Notes under the pieces: model-generated
What the model was told of the DNA's origin: nothing
Database searches by the model: none
Seen by the model: only the letters and a program-made list of their open reading frames with translations
Program-made: the position numbers and the translations under genes
Shown here: positions 24,991 to 37,823 of the stretch, one piece after another
How the letters are laid out: every line of letters begins with the position of its first letter
How positions within the stretch are numbered: position 1 is the stretch's first letter
NCBI GenBank assembly: GCA_013265495.1
Contig: MU058449.1
Location: forward strand, 420,176-484,175
Direction: 5' to 3'
DNA length: 64,000 nucleotides
DNA from: Vicugna vicugna
Taxonomy: Eukaryota

Positions 24991-25985
24991 ACATAAGGGT
25001 GTTCAAATGAAAGAACGGTCGACAGTTTCACAGGCCATAGAGAGCTGCAACGAGGACAGCAGCACTTGTCTGGGCCTGGTGACTAGAGGCCACTGATCAG
25101 CTTAAGGTGTTGAGTAGGATGCCAGATTAAAGAGAGGTGGGATGAGATGAGGAAAAACAGATTATACATTTTATTGTGCTTGTATGGTCCTTCTGACATA
25201 TTTTTGGACAACTCCAGTTGATCCATAATCCTCAAAGAGTGATGTTCATTCACTTTTTTTCTGATCTTGTAACCAGACATTTGTACACATTTCTATTTCT
25301 AAGTTCTAGGCCTCAACCCTCACCCAGGAATTCCCACTTGTTTCATGGTGTTATAAGGTCCTTAACCAAATATCTAGTATGGAAACTTTCTGCTCTCACT
25401 TCTGCTTCACTGGGGGTTCAAGTCTTGGCAGGAGTCTTTCAATCTTCCAGTGCAATTGGATAGCTGTCATAAAGTTAGCGTTCTGTCCCTCTCAGTTAAA
25501 GTATCAAAATGCATCTGAATCTCTGATCGTCTTCCTTCTCTTTTGTAGTACTTTCTGGGTTCCAACAACCAGCTGAGGTAACACTCCGGCTGCAGAGACT
25601 CTCACAGCTCTCCCTGTCACTGCCCTTTGTGCTCAGCAAAAGCTTTCCCTTCCAAGACCTGTGTGTATCCCTCTGTTTCTTTCTTTCTGTTTTTTTTTTT
25701 TTTGAAACACAAAAGTGAGAAGATAGCGTGTGTTCAGATAAAACTTGGAGGAATATGCAGGACAAAACAAGTATATGCCTCAGAGAAATCTGGAAAAATT
25801 TTTCAGAAAAAATAGTCTGAGAGGGAGGGGCCATTTATGAATTATATCCATCACTCTAATTCCTAGTGTGTGATGAACAGTCATTACCGCAGAGAGTCGA
25901 GGCCAGTTTCTGGACATAGAGTTAAAATGTTTCTGTGGAAAGTGCAGAAGCTGTAGAAGCGGGGGGCTTGTATTCTAATCATAAC

Positions 25986-26298
25986 TGTTCTTTAGTTTGC
26001 TCAGTGGCATTTCTAAACCTGGAACTGCAAGATCAAGGTGCTAGCTGATTCAGTTCCTGGTGAAGAGGTCTCTTCCTGGCTTGCAGATTTCTGCCTTCTC
26101 ACTATGTCCTCACATGGCCTCTCCTTTTCTTTTAAGGCCACTAATCCTATCAGGAGGGCCCCACCCTCATGACCTCCTCTAACTCTAATTATCCTCCAAA
26201 GACCTCATCTCCAGATATTATCACATTGGCAGCTAGAGTTTCAGCATATGAATTTGGTGGGGTTAGGGGTGGGAGGCACAAACATTCAGTCCATAACA
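25986..26298 (-). mobile_element. MLT1A-like MaLR LTR
   Basis: aagatcaaggtgctagc...ctcttcctggcttgcag...tgtcctcacatggc...ccccaccctcatgacctc, ending aacattcagtccataaca. Confidence 0.8.
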
Positions 26299-26344
26299 GG
26301 GCCCTGAACTTGCAGGGTATAATGCCTGAACCAGTGTCTTAACT

Positions 26345-26900
26345 ACTGCTGGCTACAGAATTTGAGAAGCCCAGTGCAAAGTGAAGTTGCTGGGGTCCTT
26401 TCTGGAAATGCAGAGATATAAAGAGCTTTTATTTTTTGTTGATGGTCTTTCTCTTTTGAGTAATTATGGTATCTTTTGTATTCTCTTTTATCGTGCTCTC
26501 TTCTGGGCATGGGATTCCTGTGGGATAAGGGCAAACATGCACAGGAGCACAGGATCCCTGTCCTGTGAACCAGACACTGGTTACCAATGTGGATAGGTTC
26601 AGAATTTGGAGCATGCCAAGGGCAAAGGACAGCAGCAGCCATCTCTGGGCAAGGCTAGAGTAACAAGAGGCCAAGAAATCACTCTGGGAAGATGTGGCAG
26701 GTACAGCACACGTTCACCTCTGGTCCCAAATCCCAGGACCTGCCCCATCTTTATATAAGATTTCAATTGCAGAACATAAATTCAAAGATAAAGTTATTTA
26801 AAGAACTCAAGACAACAATAAACCCAGCACCACAGAGCATTAAACCCAAGCACTGGACCCCCTTTTGAAAGCAGGGTCTTGAGTACTGTATTGATCAAAC
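26345..26900 (+). mobile_element. MER45-like hAT DNA transposon remnant
   Basis: Starts ggctacagaatttgagaagcccagtgcaaagtgaa and ends near ttaaacccaagcactggacccc, resembling MER45 termini. Confidence 0.55.
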
Positions 26901-27554
26901 ATCTACTGTCATTAACTAAGCCTCAACAAGTCCAACTTTTGAGATACATTGGTTACTATTTCTGGGGGGAAAAAAGGCAAAAGGACTGTGTAGGACCATA
27001 AATTCACTAATAAAGTTTTTATTTTTTATATAATAACTAGATTTATTTAAAACATTTAAGGCACAACATGAGCATCTGCTTAAAATTATTGGTAAATTTA
27101 CAGGATTCCATTATAAAATTTTATGTTAATTTTGCTAAATGGATATAAATCAAAATTTAATCACAATGCTAGAGTCCAATAAAAGGAATTGAAAGAATAA
27201 TTGATTACATTTTATAATAACTATGAATGAGAAATGAGTTGGTGGAGTAAAACAGAAGGAACAACTGGAAAAAAAAAAAAAGAGGAAAACAAAATTAAAG
27301 GTTACATAATCTGTCCGATGTCACTTTTGTTACTAAACTTAGAACAGAAGTGCTTTGACTTTGGAGCCCTTGTTCTTGAACAGAAAATTGTACTGTCTCC
27401 CTAAATGATGATCTGGGAAGGTGAGAGAATGAACTCCATCAATCATTGTGTGCTGTAGCATGGAGCAAATTAACAAAAGGTTAATGGAGACTCACACGTA
27501 ATCAAGAAACCTCACTTTTTTTTATTGTCTTCATTTCCTTAGAAATCATGGCTT

Positions 27555-27739
27555 TCTATTCATGACTCAGGGCCAGAATAGAAACTAGAATCCTCAGAGA
27601 CATCATGCCCTTTACAAAACTGGCTCTGGGGGATTTTCTCTTGAAAGCTCCACCCAGGTAGAGAGCAGTTCCCTCATAAAGACAGAGAAGACTGAGACAA
27701 AACAGACAGAATTCCATCCTGGTGCTCAGTCTGGTGAGT
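27555..27739 (+). promoter_or_regulatory. Putative promoter and non-coding first exon of the OR52E2-like gene
   Basis: TGACTCA at 27563-27569, O/E-like site at ~27624-27634, CATAAA at 27675-27680, and a consensus donor ggtgctcagtCTG|GTGAGT (exon ends at 27733). It points toward the CDS at 36894 and is homologous to 6930-7110. Confidence 0.65.
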
Positions 27740-28295
27740 CTTCCCTGTCTCCCAGCTCACAGTGCATCCATAGGACGCAGTGATGGACAAAGGGAAAGAA
27801 GAGGAATGCAAGAGAAAGGAAAGTGACATCGGATAAGTTTCAGGGAAAGAAGACTGACTAATGGTGCAGCTTAGGGAAAGAATAGCATGATGTTTAGGGA
27901 GGATCATATAATTCTAGTAAAAGCATTTAGATTTCAGCCTGAATCCATTCAATGTGCATTTCAGAAAGATTTTTCTGCCTGATATCTAAAAAATGATGGA
28001 TGCCTAGTATCTTTGGAAAATACTTCAAAGTGTTTTATAAGAATTATCTATTCTAAAATCAAGGGTTTAATTTTATTTATTTTTTTTCACATTTTTTTCT
28101 CTGTGATTTATCATAACATTTTGTGTATATTTCCCTGTGCTATACAGTGTAATCTTGTTTATCTATTCTACAATTTTGAAATCCCAGTCTATCCCTTCCC
28201 TCCCTCTACCCCGCCCCCCACCCTGGTAACCACAAGTCTGTATTCTCTGTCCATGAGTCTATTTCTGTCCTGTATTTATGCTTTGTTTTTGTTTT

Positions 28296-31200
28296 TTAGA
28301 TTCCACATATGAGCGATCTCATATGGTATTTTTTTTTCTCTTTCTGGCTTACTTCACTTAGAATGACATTCTCTAGGAACATCCATGTTGCTGCAAATGG
28401 CATTATGTTGTCGGTTTTTATGGCTGAGTAGTATTCCATTGTATAAATATACCACCTCTTCTTTATCCAGTCACCTGTTGATGGACATTTAGGTTGTTTC
28501 CATGTTTTGGCTATTGTAAATAGTGCTGCTATGAACATTGGGGTGCAGGTGTCATCCTGAAGTAGATTTCCTTCTGGGTACAAGCCCAGGAGTGGGATTC
28601 CTGGGTCATATGGTAAGTCTATTCCTAGTCTTTTGAGGAATCTCCACACTGTTTTCCATAGTGGCTGCACCAAACTGCATTCCCACCAGCAGTGTAGGAG
28701 GGTTCCCCTTTCTCCACAGCCTCTCCAGCATTTGTCATTTTTGGATTTTTGAATGACGGCCATTCTGACTGGTGTGAGGTGATACCTCATTGTAGTTTTG
28801 ATTTGCATTTCTCTGATAATTAGTGATATTGAACATTTTTTCATGTGCTTTTTGATCATTTGTATGTCTTCCTTGGAGAATTGCTTGTTTAGGTCTTCTG
28901 CCCATTTTTGGATTGGGTTGTTTATTTTTTTCTTATTGAGTCGTATGAGCTGCTTATATATTTTGGAGATCAAGCCTTTGTCGGTTTCACTTGCAAAAAT
29001 TTTCTCCCATTCCGTAGGTTTTCTTCTTGTTTTATTTCTGGTTTCCTTTGCTCTGCAGAAGCTTGTAAGTTTCATTAGGTCCCATTTGTTTATTCTTGCT
29101 TTTATTTCTTCTAGGAGAAAATTTTTGAAATGTATGTCAGATAATGTTTTGCCTATGTTTTCCTCTAGGAGGTTTATTGTATCTTGTCTTATGTTTAAGT
29201 CTTTAATCCATTTTGAGTTGATTTTTGTATATGGTGTAAGGGTGTGTTCTAGCTTCATTGTTTTACATGCTGCTGTCCAGTTTTCCCAACACCATTTGCT
29301 GAAGAGACTGTCTTTATTCCATTGTATATTCTTGCCTCCTTTGTCGAAGATGAGTTGACCAAAAGTTTGTGGGTTCATTTCTGGGCTCTCTATTCTGTTC
29401 CATTGGTCTATATGTCTGTTTTGGTACCAATACCATGCTGTCTTGATGACTGTAGCTCTATAGTATTGTCTGAAGTCTGGGAGAGTTATTCCTCCAGCCT
29501 CTTTCTTTCTCTTCAGTAATGCTTTAGCAATTCTAGGTCTTTGATGGTTCCATATAAATTTTATTATGATTTGTTCTAGTTCTGTGAAATATGTCCTGGG
29601 TAATTGGATAGGGATTGCATTAAATCTGTAGATTGCCTTGGGCAGTGTGACCATTTTAACAATATTGATTCTTCCAATCCAAGAGCATGGAATATCTTTC
29701 CATTTTTTAAAGTCTTCTTTAATTTCCTTCATCAATGGTTTATAGTTTTCTGTGTATAATTCTTTCACCTCCTTGGTTAGATTTATTCCCAGATATTTTA
29801 TTACTTTGGGTGCTATTTTAAAGGGGATTGTTTCTTTACTTTCTTTTTCTGTTGATTTATCGTTAGTGTAAAGAAAGGCAACTGATTTTTGAACATTAAT
29901 TTTGTAACCTGCTACCTTGCTGAATTCTTCGATCAGCTCTAGTAGCTTTTTTGTGGACCTTTTAGGGTTTTCTATATATAGTAACATGTCGTCAGCATAT
30001 AATGACACTTTTACCTCTTCTTTTCCAATTTGGATCCCTTTTATTTCTTTCTCTTGCCTGATTGCTGTGGCTAGGACTTCCAGGACTATATTGAATAGGA
30101 GTGGTGATAGTGGGCATCCTTGTCTTGTCCCAGATTTTAGTGGGAAGCTTTTGAGTTTTTCACCGTTGAGAACTATGCTGGCTATAGGTTTGTCATATAT
30201 AGCTTTTATTATGTTGAGATATGTTCCCTCTATACCCACTTTGGCGAGAGTTTTTATCATAAATGGGTGTTGAATTTTATCAAATGCTTTTTCTGCATCG
30301 ATTGAGATGATCATGTGGTTTTTGTCCTTTCTCTTGTTGATGTGATGTATTACATTGATTGATTTGCGTATGTTGAACCAGCCTTGTGTCCCTGGGATGA
30401 ACCCCACTTGGTCATGATGTATAATCTTTTTTATGTGTTGTTGGATTCTATTTGCTAAAATTTTGGTGAGGATTTTGGCGTCTATGTTCATCAGTGATAT
30501 TGGCCTATAATTCTCTTTTTTTGTAGTGTCTTTGCCTGGTTTTGGTATCAGGGTGATGGTGGCTTCATAGAATGAGTTTGGGAGTATTCCCTCCTTTTCA
30601 ATCGTCTGGAAGAGTTTGAGAAGGACTGGTATGAGTTCTTCTTTGTATGTTTGGTAGAATTCCCCGGTGAAGCCGTCCGGTCCTGGACTTTTATTTGTAG
30701 GGAGGTTTTTAATTGCTATTTCTATTTCCTTTCTAGTGATCGGATTGTTCAAGTGTTCAGTTTCTTCTTGATTCAGTTTTGGTGGACAGTATGTTTCCAG
30801 AAACTTGTCCATCTCCTCTAGGTTATCCAGTTTGGTTCCATATAGTTTTTCATAATATTCTCGTATGATATTCTGTATTTCTATTTTGTTTGTTGTAATT
30901 TCTCCATTTTCCTTTCTTATTTTGCTAATTTGTGCTCTCTCTTTTTTCTTCTTTGTGAGTTTGGCCAGAGGTTTGTCGATTTTATTTACTTTTTCAAAAA
31001 ACCAGCTTTTGGTTTGGTTGATTTTTTCTATGGTCTTGTTAATCTCTATTGTATTTAATTCCTCTCTGATCTTTATTATTTCCTTCCTTCTGCTGCTTTT
31101 TGGGGCTTTTTGTTCTTCTTTTTCTAATTGATTCAGGTGGTGGGTTAACTTGTTTATTTGAGATTGTTCTTCTTTTTTGAGGAAGGCCTGTATCGCTATA

Positions 31201-32093
31201 AACTTCCCTCTTAGCACTGCCTTTGCTGTGTCCCATAGGTTTTGAGTGGTTGTGCTTTCATTATCATTTGTCTCAAGGTATTTTTTAATTTCAGCTTTGA
31301 TTTCCTCATTGATCCATTGTTTTTTCAATAACATATTGTTTAATCTCCATGCTTTTCTTTTTTTCTCCTTTGTTTCTCTGTTGTTGATTTCCAGTTTCAT
31401 GGCATTGTGGTCAGTAAAGATGCTTGAGATAATTTCTATCTTCTTAAATTTGTTGAGGTTTCTTTTGTGTCCAAGTACATGATCGATCCTGGAAAATGTT
31501 CCATGTGCACTTGAAAAGAATGTATATTCTATTTTTTGGGGGTGTAATGCTCTGAAAATATCCACCAAATCTAGTTTTTCTATTGTAGTATTTAATTTCT
31601 CTGTTGCCTTGTTTATTTTCTGTCTGGAAGATCTGTCTAGTGATGTTAATGCAGTGTTAAAATCTCCAACTATGATTGTATTCCCATCAATATCCCCCTT
31701 TATCTCTGTTAGTAATTCTTGTATGTACTTAGGTGCTCCTATATTGGGTGCATATATATTAACGAGTGTAATATCTTCATCTTGTATCACTCCTTTAATC
31801 ATTATAAAATGTCCTTCTTTATCTTTCTTTATGGCCTTTGTTTTAAAGTCTATTTTGTCTGAAATCAGTACTGCAACACCTGCTTTTTTGGCTTTTCCAT
31901 TTGCATGGAATATCCTTTTCCATCCTTTCACTCTCAATCTATATGTGTCCTTCTCCCTAAAGTGGGTCTCTTGTATGCAGCATATTGAAGGTTCTTGCTT
32001 TATTATCCAGTCTGCCACTCTATGTCTTTTGACTGGAGCATTTAGTCCATTAACATTTACAGTAATTAATGATAGATGTGTGTTTATTGCCAT
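28296..32093 (-). CDS. LINE-1 ORF2p (APE endonuclease, reverse transcriptase, C-terminal Cys-rich domain), uninterrupted 1265 aa
   Basis: Endonuclease motifs NVNGLN, CIQETH, GDFNT and TDHN. RT motifs [31 protein letters not shown] and YLG. C-terminal [18 protein letters not shown]. Confidence 0.98.
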   Translation of the reverse strand: MAINTHLSLITVNVNGLNAPVKRHRVADWIIKQEPSICCIQETHFREKDTYRLRVKGWKRIFHANGKAKKAGVAVLISDKIDFKTKAIKKDKEGHFIMIKGVIQDEDITLVNIYAPNIGAPKYIQELLTEIKGDIDGNTIIVGDFNTALTSLDRSSRQKINKATEKLNTTIEKLDLVDIFRALHPQKIEYTFFSSAHGTFSRIDHVLGHKRNLNKFKKIEIISSIFTDHNAMKLEINNRETKEKKRKAWRLNNMLLKKQWINEEIKAEIKKYLETNDNESTTTQNLWDTAKAVLRGKFIAIQAFLKKEEQSQINKLTHHLNQLEKEEQKAPKSSRRKEIIKIREELNTIEINKTIEKINQTKSWFFEKVNKIDKPLAKLTKKKKERAQISKIRKENGEITTNKIEIQNIIREYYEKLYGTKLDNLEEMDKFLETYCPPKLNQEETEHLNNPITRKEIEIAIKNLPTNKSPGPDGFTGEFYQTYKEELIPVLLKLFQTIEKEGILPNSFYEATITLIPKPGKDTTKKENYRPISLMNIDAKILTKILANRIQQHIKKIIHHDQVGFIPGTQGWFNIRKSINVIHHINKRKDKNHMIISIDAEKAFDKIQHPFMIKTLAKVGIEGTYLNIIKAIYDKPIASIVLNGEKLKSFPLKSGTRQGCPLSPLLFNIVLEVLATAIRQEKEIKGIQIGKEEVKVSLYADDMLLYIENPKRSTKKLLELIEEFSKVAGYKINVQKSVAFLYTNDKSTEKESKETIPFKIAPKVIKYLGINLTKEVKELYTENYKPLMKEIKEDFKKWKDIPCSWIGRINIVKMVTLPKAIYRFNAIPIQLPRTYFTELEQIIIKFIWNHQRPRIAKALLKRKKEAGGITLPDFRQYYRATVIKTAWYWYQNRHIDQWNRIESPEMNPQTFGQLIFDKGGKNIQWNKDSLFSKWCWENWTAACKTMKLEHTLTPYTKINSKWIKDLNIRQDTINLLEENIGKTLSDIHFKNFLLEEIKARINKWDLMKLTSFCRAKETRNKTRRKPTEWEKIFASETDKGLISKIYKQLIRLNKKKINNPIQKWAEDLNKQFSKEDIQMIKKHMKKCSISLIIREMQIKTTMRYHLTPVRMAVIQKSKNDKCWRGCGERGTLLHCWWECSLVQPLWKTVWRFLKRLGIDLPYDPGIPLLGLYPEGNLLQDDTCTPMFIAALFTIAKTWKQPKCPSTGDWIKKRWYIYTMEYYSAIKTDNIMPFAATWMFLENVILSEVSQKEKKKYHMRSLICGI

Positions 32094-32484
32094 TTTGAAC
32101 TTATCTTTGCAGTTGAATTGGTATATCCTGTTTGCTCCTTTCTTCTTCCTTTTGTGGTTTGGTAATTTTCCTTTGTATTATCATGGATTTTATTTAATTT
32201 TTGTGACTCCCTTGTAAATTTTTGACTTGTGGTTACCCTTTTTTGTAAATCTATTAACCTATACCTGTTTTTATTAAACTGATAATAACATGATCTCAAA
32301 CCCATCCTACTGTTAAAAAATTTTAAAAAGAAAGAAAAAAAAATTCTATATTTCCCTACCTCCCTCTCCCAGTGATTTGTATGCCTTCTTTTATAATTTT
32401 GTGTTTTCTTTATTTGTAATTCATGAGTTATCACCTTTCCAGTTGTGAGTTTCTCATTTCTGTAGCATCCTGCTGCTTTTCTAT

Positions 32485-32511
32485 TTAGAATAGCCCTTTC
32501 AATATTTCTTT
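32485..32511 (-). CDS. Last codons of LINE-1 ORF1 (the rest lies in the assembly gap)
   Basis: Minus strand reads aaa gaa ata ttg aaa ggg cta ttc taa = KEILKGLF*, typical of an ORF1p C-terminus. It abuts the N run. Confidence 0.75.
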   Translation of the reverse strand, partial: KEILKGLF

Positions 32512-33386
32512 NNNNNNNNNNNNNNNNNNNNNNNNNNNNNNNNNNNNNNNNNNNNNNNNNNNNNNNNNNNNNNNNNNNNNNNNNNNNNNNNNNNNNNNNN
32601 NNNNNNNNNNNNNNNNNNNNNNNNNNNNNNNNNNNNNNNNNNNNNNNNNNNNNNNNNNNNNNNNNNNNNNNNNNNNNNNNNNNNNNNNNNNNNNNNNNNN
32701 NNNNNNNNNNNNNNNNNNNNNNNNNNNNNNNNNNNNNNNNNNNNNNNNNNNNNNNNNNNNNNNNNNNNNNNNNNNNNNNNNNNNNNNNNNNNNNNNNNNN
32801 NNNNNNNNNNNNNNNNNNNNNNNNNNNNNNNNNNNNNNNNNNNNNNNNNNNNNNNNNNNNNNNNNNNNNNNNNNNNNNNNNNNNNNNNNNNNNNNNNNNN
32901 NNNNNNNNNNNNNNNNNNNNNNNNNNNNNNNNNNNNNNNNNNNNNNNNNNNNNNNNNNNNNNNNNNNNNNNNNNNNNNNNNNNNNNNNNNNNNNNNNNNN
33001 NNNNNNNNNNNNNNNNNNNNNNNNNNNNNNNNNNNNNNNNNNNNNNNNNNNNNNNNNNNNNNNNNNNNNNNNNNNNNNNNNNNNNNNNNNNNNNNNNNNN
33101 NNNNNNNNNNNNNNNNNNNNNNNNNNNNNNNNNNNNNNNNNNNNNNNNNNNNNNNNNNNNNNNNNNNNNNNNNNNNNNNNNNNNNNNNNNNNNNNNNNNN
33201 NNNNNNNNNNNNNNNNNNNNNNNNNNNNNNNNNNNNNNNNNNNNNNNNNNNNNNNNNNNNNNNNNNNNNNNNNNNNNNNNNNNNNNNNNNNNNNNNNNNN
33301 NNNNNNNNNNNNNNNNNNNNNNNNNNNNNNNNNNNNNNNNNNNNNNNNNNNNNNNNNNNNNNNNNNNNNNNNNNNNNNNNNNNNNN
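32512..33386. other. Assembly gap (875 N) where L1 ORF1 is expected
   Basis: Run of N. Confidence 1.
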
Positions 33387-33689
33387 GAATATATGTGTTT
33401 GAAGCCTGTGTCTAATCAATAACAGGACATCAAAACCCAAGAGAAATAGAAATGAATTAAGAAGTAAAAATTAAGAGAGTAATTGAAAATAGAACAGGTA
33501 AAAACAGATTAAAAAAAAAAACCAAAAACAAAAAGAAAAAACAAAAAAACAAAAAAAACAAAACAAAACAAAACAAAAACCAAAAAAAAAAAAAAAAGGG
33601 GGTTTGTCGGTGTTCTCCTGGAGTGTGTGTGCTTTTAATGTGATGTCCTTCTGTCTTCGTCCTGTTTTGGAAGCTCAGCTTGTTTTCAT

Positions 33690-34056
33690 AGGCCCTCCGT
33701 TGGCGCCCTCTTCTGTGCTGCTCCCAGCACCTGTCGGCAAGCAGATCACGCCTCCTCCTAACACGGGGTCAGGTGCAGCTCTCCTCTGCTGCGGGCGGGC
33801 GGGTGACTGCCCCTCCGAAGACCGCAGTCAGATGTTGCAGACTGGCCAGGCAGGAGGGCGGGTCGTGACCCTTCCCAGCACCTCGGTCAGGGGTTGTGTT
33901 CCTGCCCGACAGGCCGGGGGCCGCTCTCCCCCTGCCTGCGCCGCCGGTAGCTCCGCTGCTCTGTGTGGCTGCGCGCTCTGTGTTGGCGCTCCGCCCCGGT
34001 CGGCGCTCCGCCCTGGTCGCGCTCCGCGGGTGGGCTCGGGGAAGACCGAGGGGCAG
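33690..34056 (-). promoter_or_regulatory. CpG-rich L1 5'UTR (internal promoter region, extreme 5' end possibly missing)
   Basis: The only CpG-dense, GC-rich stretch in an AT-rich window. It lies at the 5' end of the L1. I saw no perfect YY1-type AAGATGGCG start. Confidence 0.8.
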
Positions 34057-36893
34057 GGGTTTAATTTTAAGGGTTTATTTATACTTATCATTTCTATTTT
34101 CTACATGAAGAAACTGAAGTACAGAGATGTCAAAGTTCTTGTGCAAGCTCACACAGCCATTTTATGCAATAGACTGTGATGCTGGAGATACAAAAACAAA
34201 TGATATATATTCTATCTACCATTAAGGAATTCGTATTTTTTAAATAGTTTATTGAATTTTCACAGCCATAAACAAAGTGCACATGATAAGAGTGTGGCCC
34301 AATTAATTTCTACAAACTGATTATACCTGTGTAACCAGTATATAAATGAATAAACAGACGTTATCAGCATCCTGAAAGTCCCACACATACTGACTGCCAG
34401 TACTCCACAAAGTCACAACTACCCTGACTTCTTAGACTATAGATTAGATTTTACTAATTTTAACTTTTATTTAAATGGTTGGTTTCTTTCTCTCATCATT
34501 ATTTTGTAATATACTTCCATTTTATGGCATGCAGTTGTAGACTGTTCATATGTTTGGTCTTTTAGTATATACTATGGACTACTATATTTAAGAATACAGA
34601 AGAAAAAGGCATGGAGTCTTTATGAGGTCATTTACCAGTGCCCCAAGTATATATCTGAATTATGTCTTGAAGGATGCTGTTTAAAATTTGCTTGATGGAA
34701 CTTTCCATTATTGTTTACATGCTTTTATCCATTTTCAGTTTGGACATAACACTGTTATTTTTACCAATTCAAATACAAGAAAGTCAGGGAGAAAATATCA
34801 GGGTGTTCGTATGGTAAGATAAATGGATAGACTAACTCTGGGCAGGAGTAAAATTTCAAGATGTTAAACACAAGATTGTAGGTATCATTGATTTGAAAGA
34901 TAAGAACCAACATTGCTAACAACCCTTCTGTAACACATCCATCTCACTGTAACTTTGCCCCATCTAAACTTTTGTAATTCCTAAAGACCTTGTCAAGAGA
35001 TAGAAGACTACCCTTTGTACCCCTTCTCACCTTCATTTATCTATAGAGTTTATACGTTGCCCTTAGGGTTTTACACAATTTACTCTTTAACAATCAGCTA
35101 AGAAAAACTACTTAATGTCCTCCCTCAGGAGCATAAAGATTTATATAGCTGAGAAATCAGATCTTGTGCCTTTCTCCACGTTCCCAGTTTCCACTCTGAT
35201 GTTTTGTGTACTTTGTCTATATTTGTCTCCCACTTGGTTTATTCATAAAACTTCCTGGCTACTTACCTGATATTTACCCTCTGCATGATCATAGGCTATA
35301 ACTGTATGACCAGCAAGACATAGTTTTCACTTATTATATATATTTGCAATCGAAGAATATAATACCATTCCTTCCCTCTCCAAAAAGCCAGAGGAGCAGC
35401 TTATTTTTACCCTTTAGCAATCAAATCTACAACTAGTACGTAAACTTCCATTAACTGAGAAATTGTTGCATATGTGTATACTGGAAAAAGGAAAACTTTG
35501 TTGATTTTAAGATGATTTCCACCCATGGGATTTACAGAAAATCTTGCCTCCGTGAGTAAATTCTATGTTCCCTCCTTCTGTTATCCATTGCCATACCTTT
35601 TAAAAATATTCATGATTCCGTTGTGACATCACCTTATGGAAGTAGACTCTGTTCCTGTGGAAGCTGCCTCACAGTGTCTCCTGCTCCTAGCTTTGCTTGG
35701 AACTAGGAATGGTAAACCATTCATACTCAACTGCTTCTTCCATAACCTGTTCATTACACTCTTTTTTTCCCTCTTTATATCAATGTCTAGATAATACTCT
35801 GACTTTCTTGCTGAAAATGAAATCATAATTAATATTGCTGCCATGGAATCTTCAGATGATCAGAAAAGAGACTTTACACTAGAAAATACTTACACACATG
35901 GATGAATAGATACTTTGGAAATCCCCTATCAAATGTTATAAGCAAACAACATGAAGACATAAAGAAGGGTTTAGGGAACTTTGAAAATGATTGAATTATC
36001 ATGCATCTAATTTAACAATACTAATTTTTTTTCTCTCTGGTTTTTGATTGGCATTTTGACATGTATCTTAAACTCCTAAAGTCATAATTGACTCAGCTAT
36101 AAATGAGGAATACTAACATATTCTATTCAGATGGATGTTGTGAGTTTTAAAAAAGACTGTGTATTTTTGTAATGTGTGTGGAGGATTATGTGCTTGTGTG
36201 TGGTACCTATATATATATATAAAACATAGGTAAGACATATCCTTTATTTCCATTTTTCTTCCATTTCTATTCACTACTTTTCTCCCTAGCTTAATTTCCC
36301 AGACCTCCCATTAAAAGTATTTTAAATTTCTGATAAAACTCTTAAATACTTTGATCCTTAGATAACATATATGTAAAACATGTAAAATTAATGTTCTTCT
36401 TGAACATTTTTTTTAATATTAGAGATGATTTTTGCTCAGAGACTGGCCAAAAGTCTTTCAAATAAATGGTAGTTGGTAATTGATGTTGCTGTTTTCAGTA
36501 CTCTTCCTATCTTATATAATAATGACTAAATACTAATACAATGATTGATTTTAATCCTTTAAAGTAATTTTTAATATTTTGATGGTTTAATATTTTGATA
36601 AATTTTGATAAATCCATGTGCTTATTGATTTGTTATTGTCCATCCTGTGTGTTAATCCCTGTTTTGTCATTCAGTCAAGTGGAACTGATTGCCATAATTG
36701 TATTTAGAGGCTAGCAGAACCTTAAATTGGTCAGAAGGGTTGGGGGAGGTATCTATTGGTGATGATTGCAATAATGAGAGAAGGTAGCTAATTAAGTGTT
36801 CTTATATTATCTTTCAAAGCCACAGAAAACTATCCAGTGACCTACAGATTGGGTGAGCATACATTTCTGAAGACCTATGCATTACCAAATAGG

Positions 36894-37823
36894 ATGTTCC
36901 TTCCCAATGACACCACGTTTCACCTCTTCTCCTTCTTGTTGCTGGGAATCCCTGGAATGGAAACACTCCACATCTGGATTGGCTTTCCCTTTTGTGCTGT
37001 GTATGTGATTGCACTCCTAGGGAACTTCACCATTCTGTTTGTGATCCAGGCTGAGCACAGCCTGCACCAGCCCATGTTCTACTTCCTGGCCATGCTGGCT
37101 ACCATTGATTTGGGTCTCTCCACAGCCACCATTCCTAAGATGCTTGGGATCTTCTGGTTCAACCTCAGAGAGATCATCTTTGAAGCCTGCCTCACCCAGA
37201 TGTTTTTCATTCACAGCTTCACACTTATGGAATCTGCAGTCCTTTTGGCAATGGCTTATGACCGCTATGTGGCCATCTGCAACCCACTCAGATATAGCAC
37301 CATCCTCACCAACAAAGTTGTCTCTGTAATTGGCCTTGTTGTGTTAGTGAGGGCATTTATTTTTGTGATTCCATTTGTACTTCTCATTTTGCGGTTGCCC
37401 TTCTGTGGGAATCATGTCATTCCTCATACCTACTGTGAACACATGGGTCTTGCTCGCCTATCTTGTGTGAGTATCAAGATCAATATTATTTATGGATTAT
37501 GTGCAATTTGTAATCTAGTATTTGACATCATAGCCATTGCCCTTTCTTATGTTCAGATACTCCGTGCTGTTTTTCGTCTTCCTTCCCATGAAGCCCGACT
37601 CAAATCCCTCAGCACCTGTGGTTCTCATGTTTTTGTAATTCTTGCCTTTTATACACCAGCCCTCTTTTCCTTTATGACGCATCGCTTTGGACAAAATGTT
37701 CCCCGCTATATTCACATACTTTTGGCCAATCTTTATGTCATAGTGCCACCAATGCTCAATCCAGTTATATATGGAGTCAGAACTAAGCAGATCTATGAGC
37801 GTGTGAAGAAAATACTGTTATAG
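36894..37823 (+). CDS. OR52E2: Olfactory receptor 52E2-like, intact, 309 aa from MFLPNDT
   Basis: [76 protein letters not shown] and KQIY..VKKILL match the recalled human OR52E2. All OR motifs are present. Confidence 0.95.
   Translation: MFLPNDTTFHLFSFLLLGIPGMETLHIWIGFPFCAVYVIALLGNFTILFVIQAEHSLHQPMFYFLAMLATIDLGLSTATIPKMLGIFWFNLREIIFEACLTQMFFIHSFTLMESAVLLAMAYDRYVAICNPLRYSTILTNKVVSVIGLVVLVRAFIFVIPFVLLILRLPFCGNHVIPHTYCEHMGLARLSCVSIKINIIYGLCAICNLVFDIIAIALSYVQILRAVFRLPSHEARLKSLSTCGSHVFVILAFYTPALFSFMTHRFGQNVPRYIHILLANLYVIVPPMLNPVIYGVRTKQIYERVKKILL

Larger units (their letters stand above)
28075..34056 (-). mobile_element. Near-full-length young LINE-1 (~6 kb) with 12-bp TSD
   Basis: TSD gggtttaatttt at 28063-28074 and 34057-34068, followed by aa, giving the canonical TTTT/AA endonuclease site. 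In element order: GC/CpG-rich 5'UTR, ORF1 (mostly in the gap), ~390-nt inter-ORF spacer, intact ORF2, shortened 3'UTR and A tail. Confidence 0.97.

Noticed and set aside
28798..32217. Several plus-strand hydrophobic ORFs, also 4664..5221 and 8087..8761
   Set aside because: These are antisense translations of A-rich L1 ORF2.
32499..33440. 313-aa ORF spanning the N run
   Set aside because: Artefact of translating the gap. The real ORF1 end is in another frame, with its stop at 32487-32485.
33604..34179. 191-aa ORF antisense to the L1 5'UTR (possible ORF0 analogue)
   Set aside because: It starts at TTG, stays open because the region is GC-rich, and runs out into a flanking MIR. There is no evidence of coding function.
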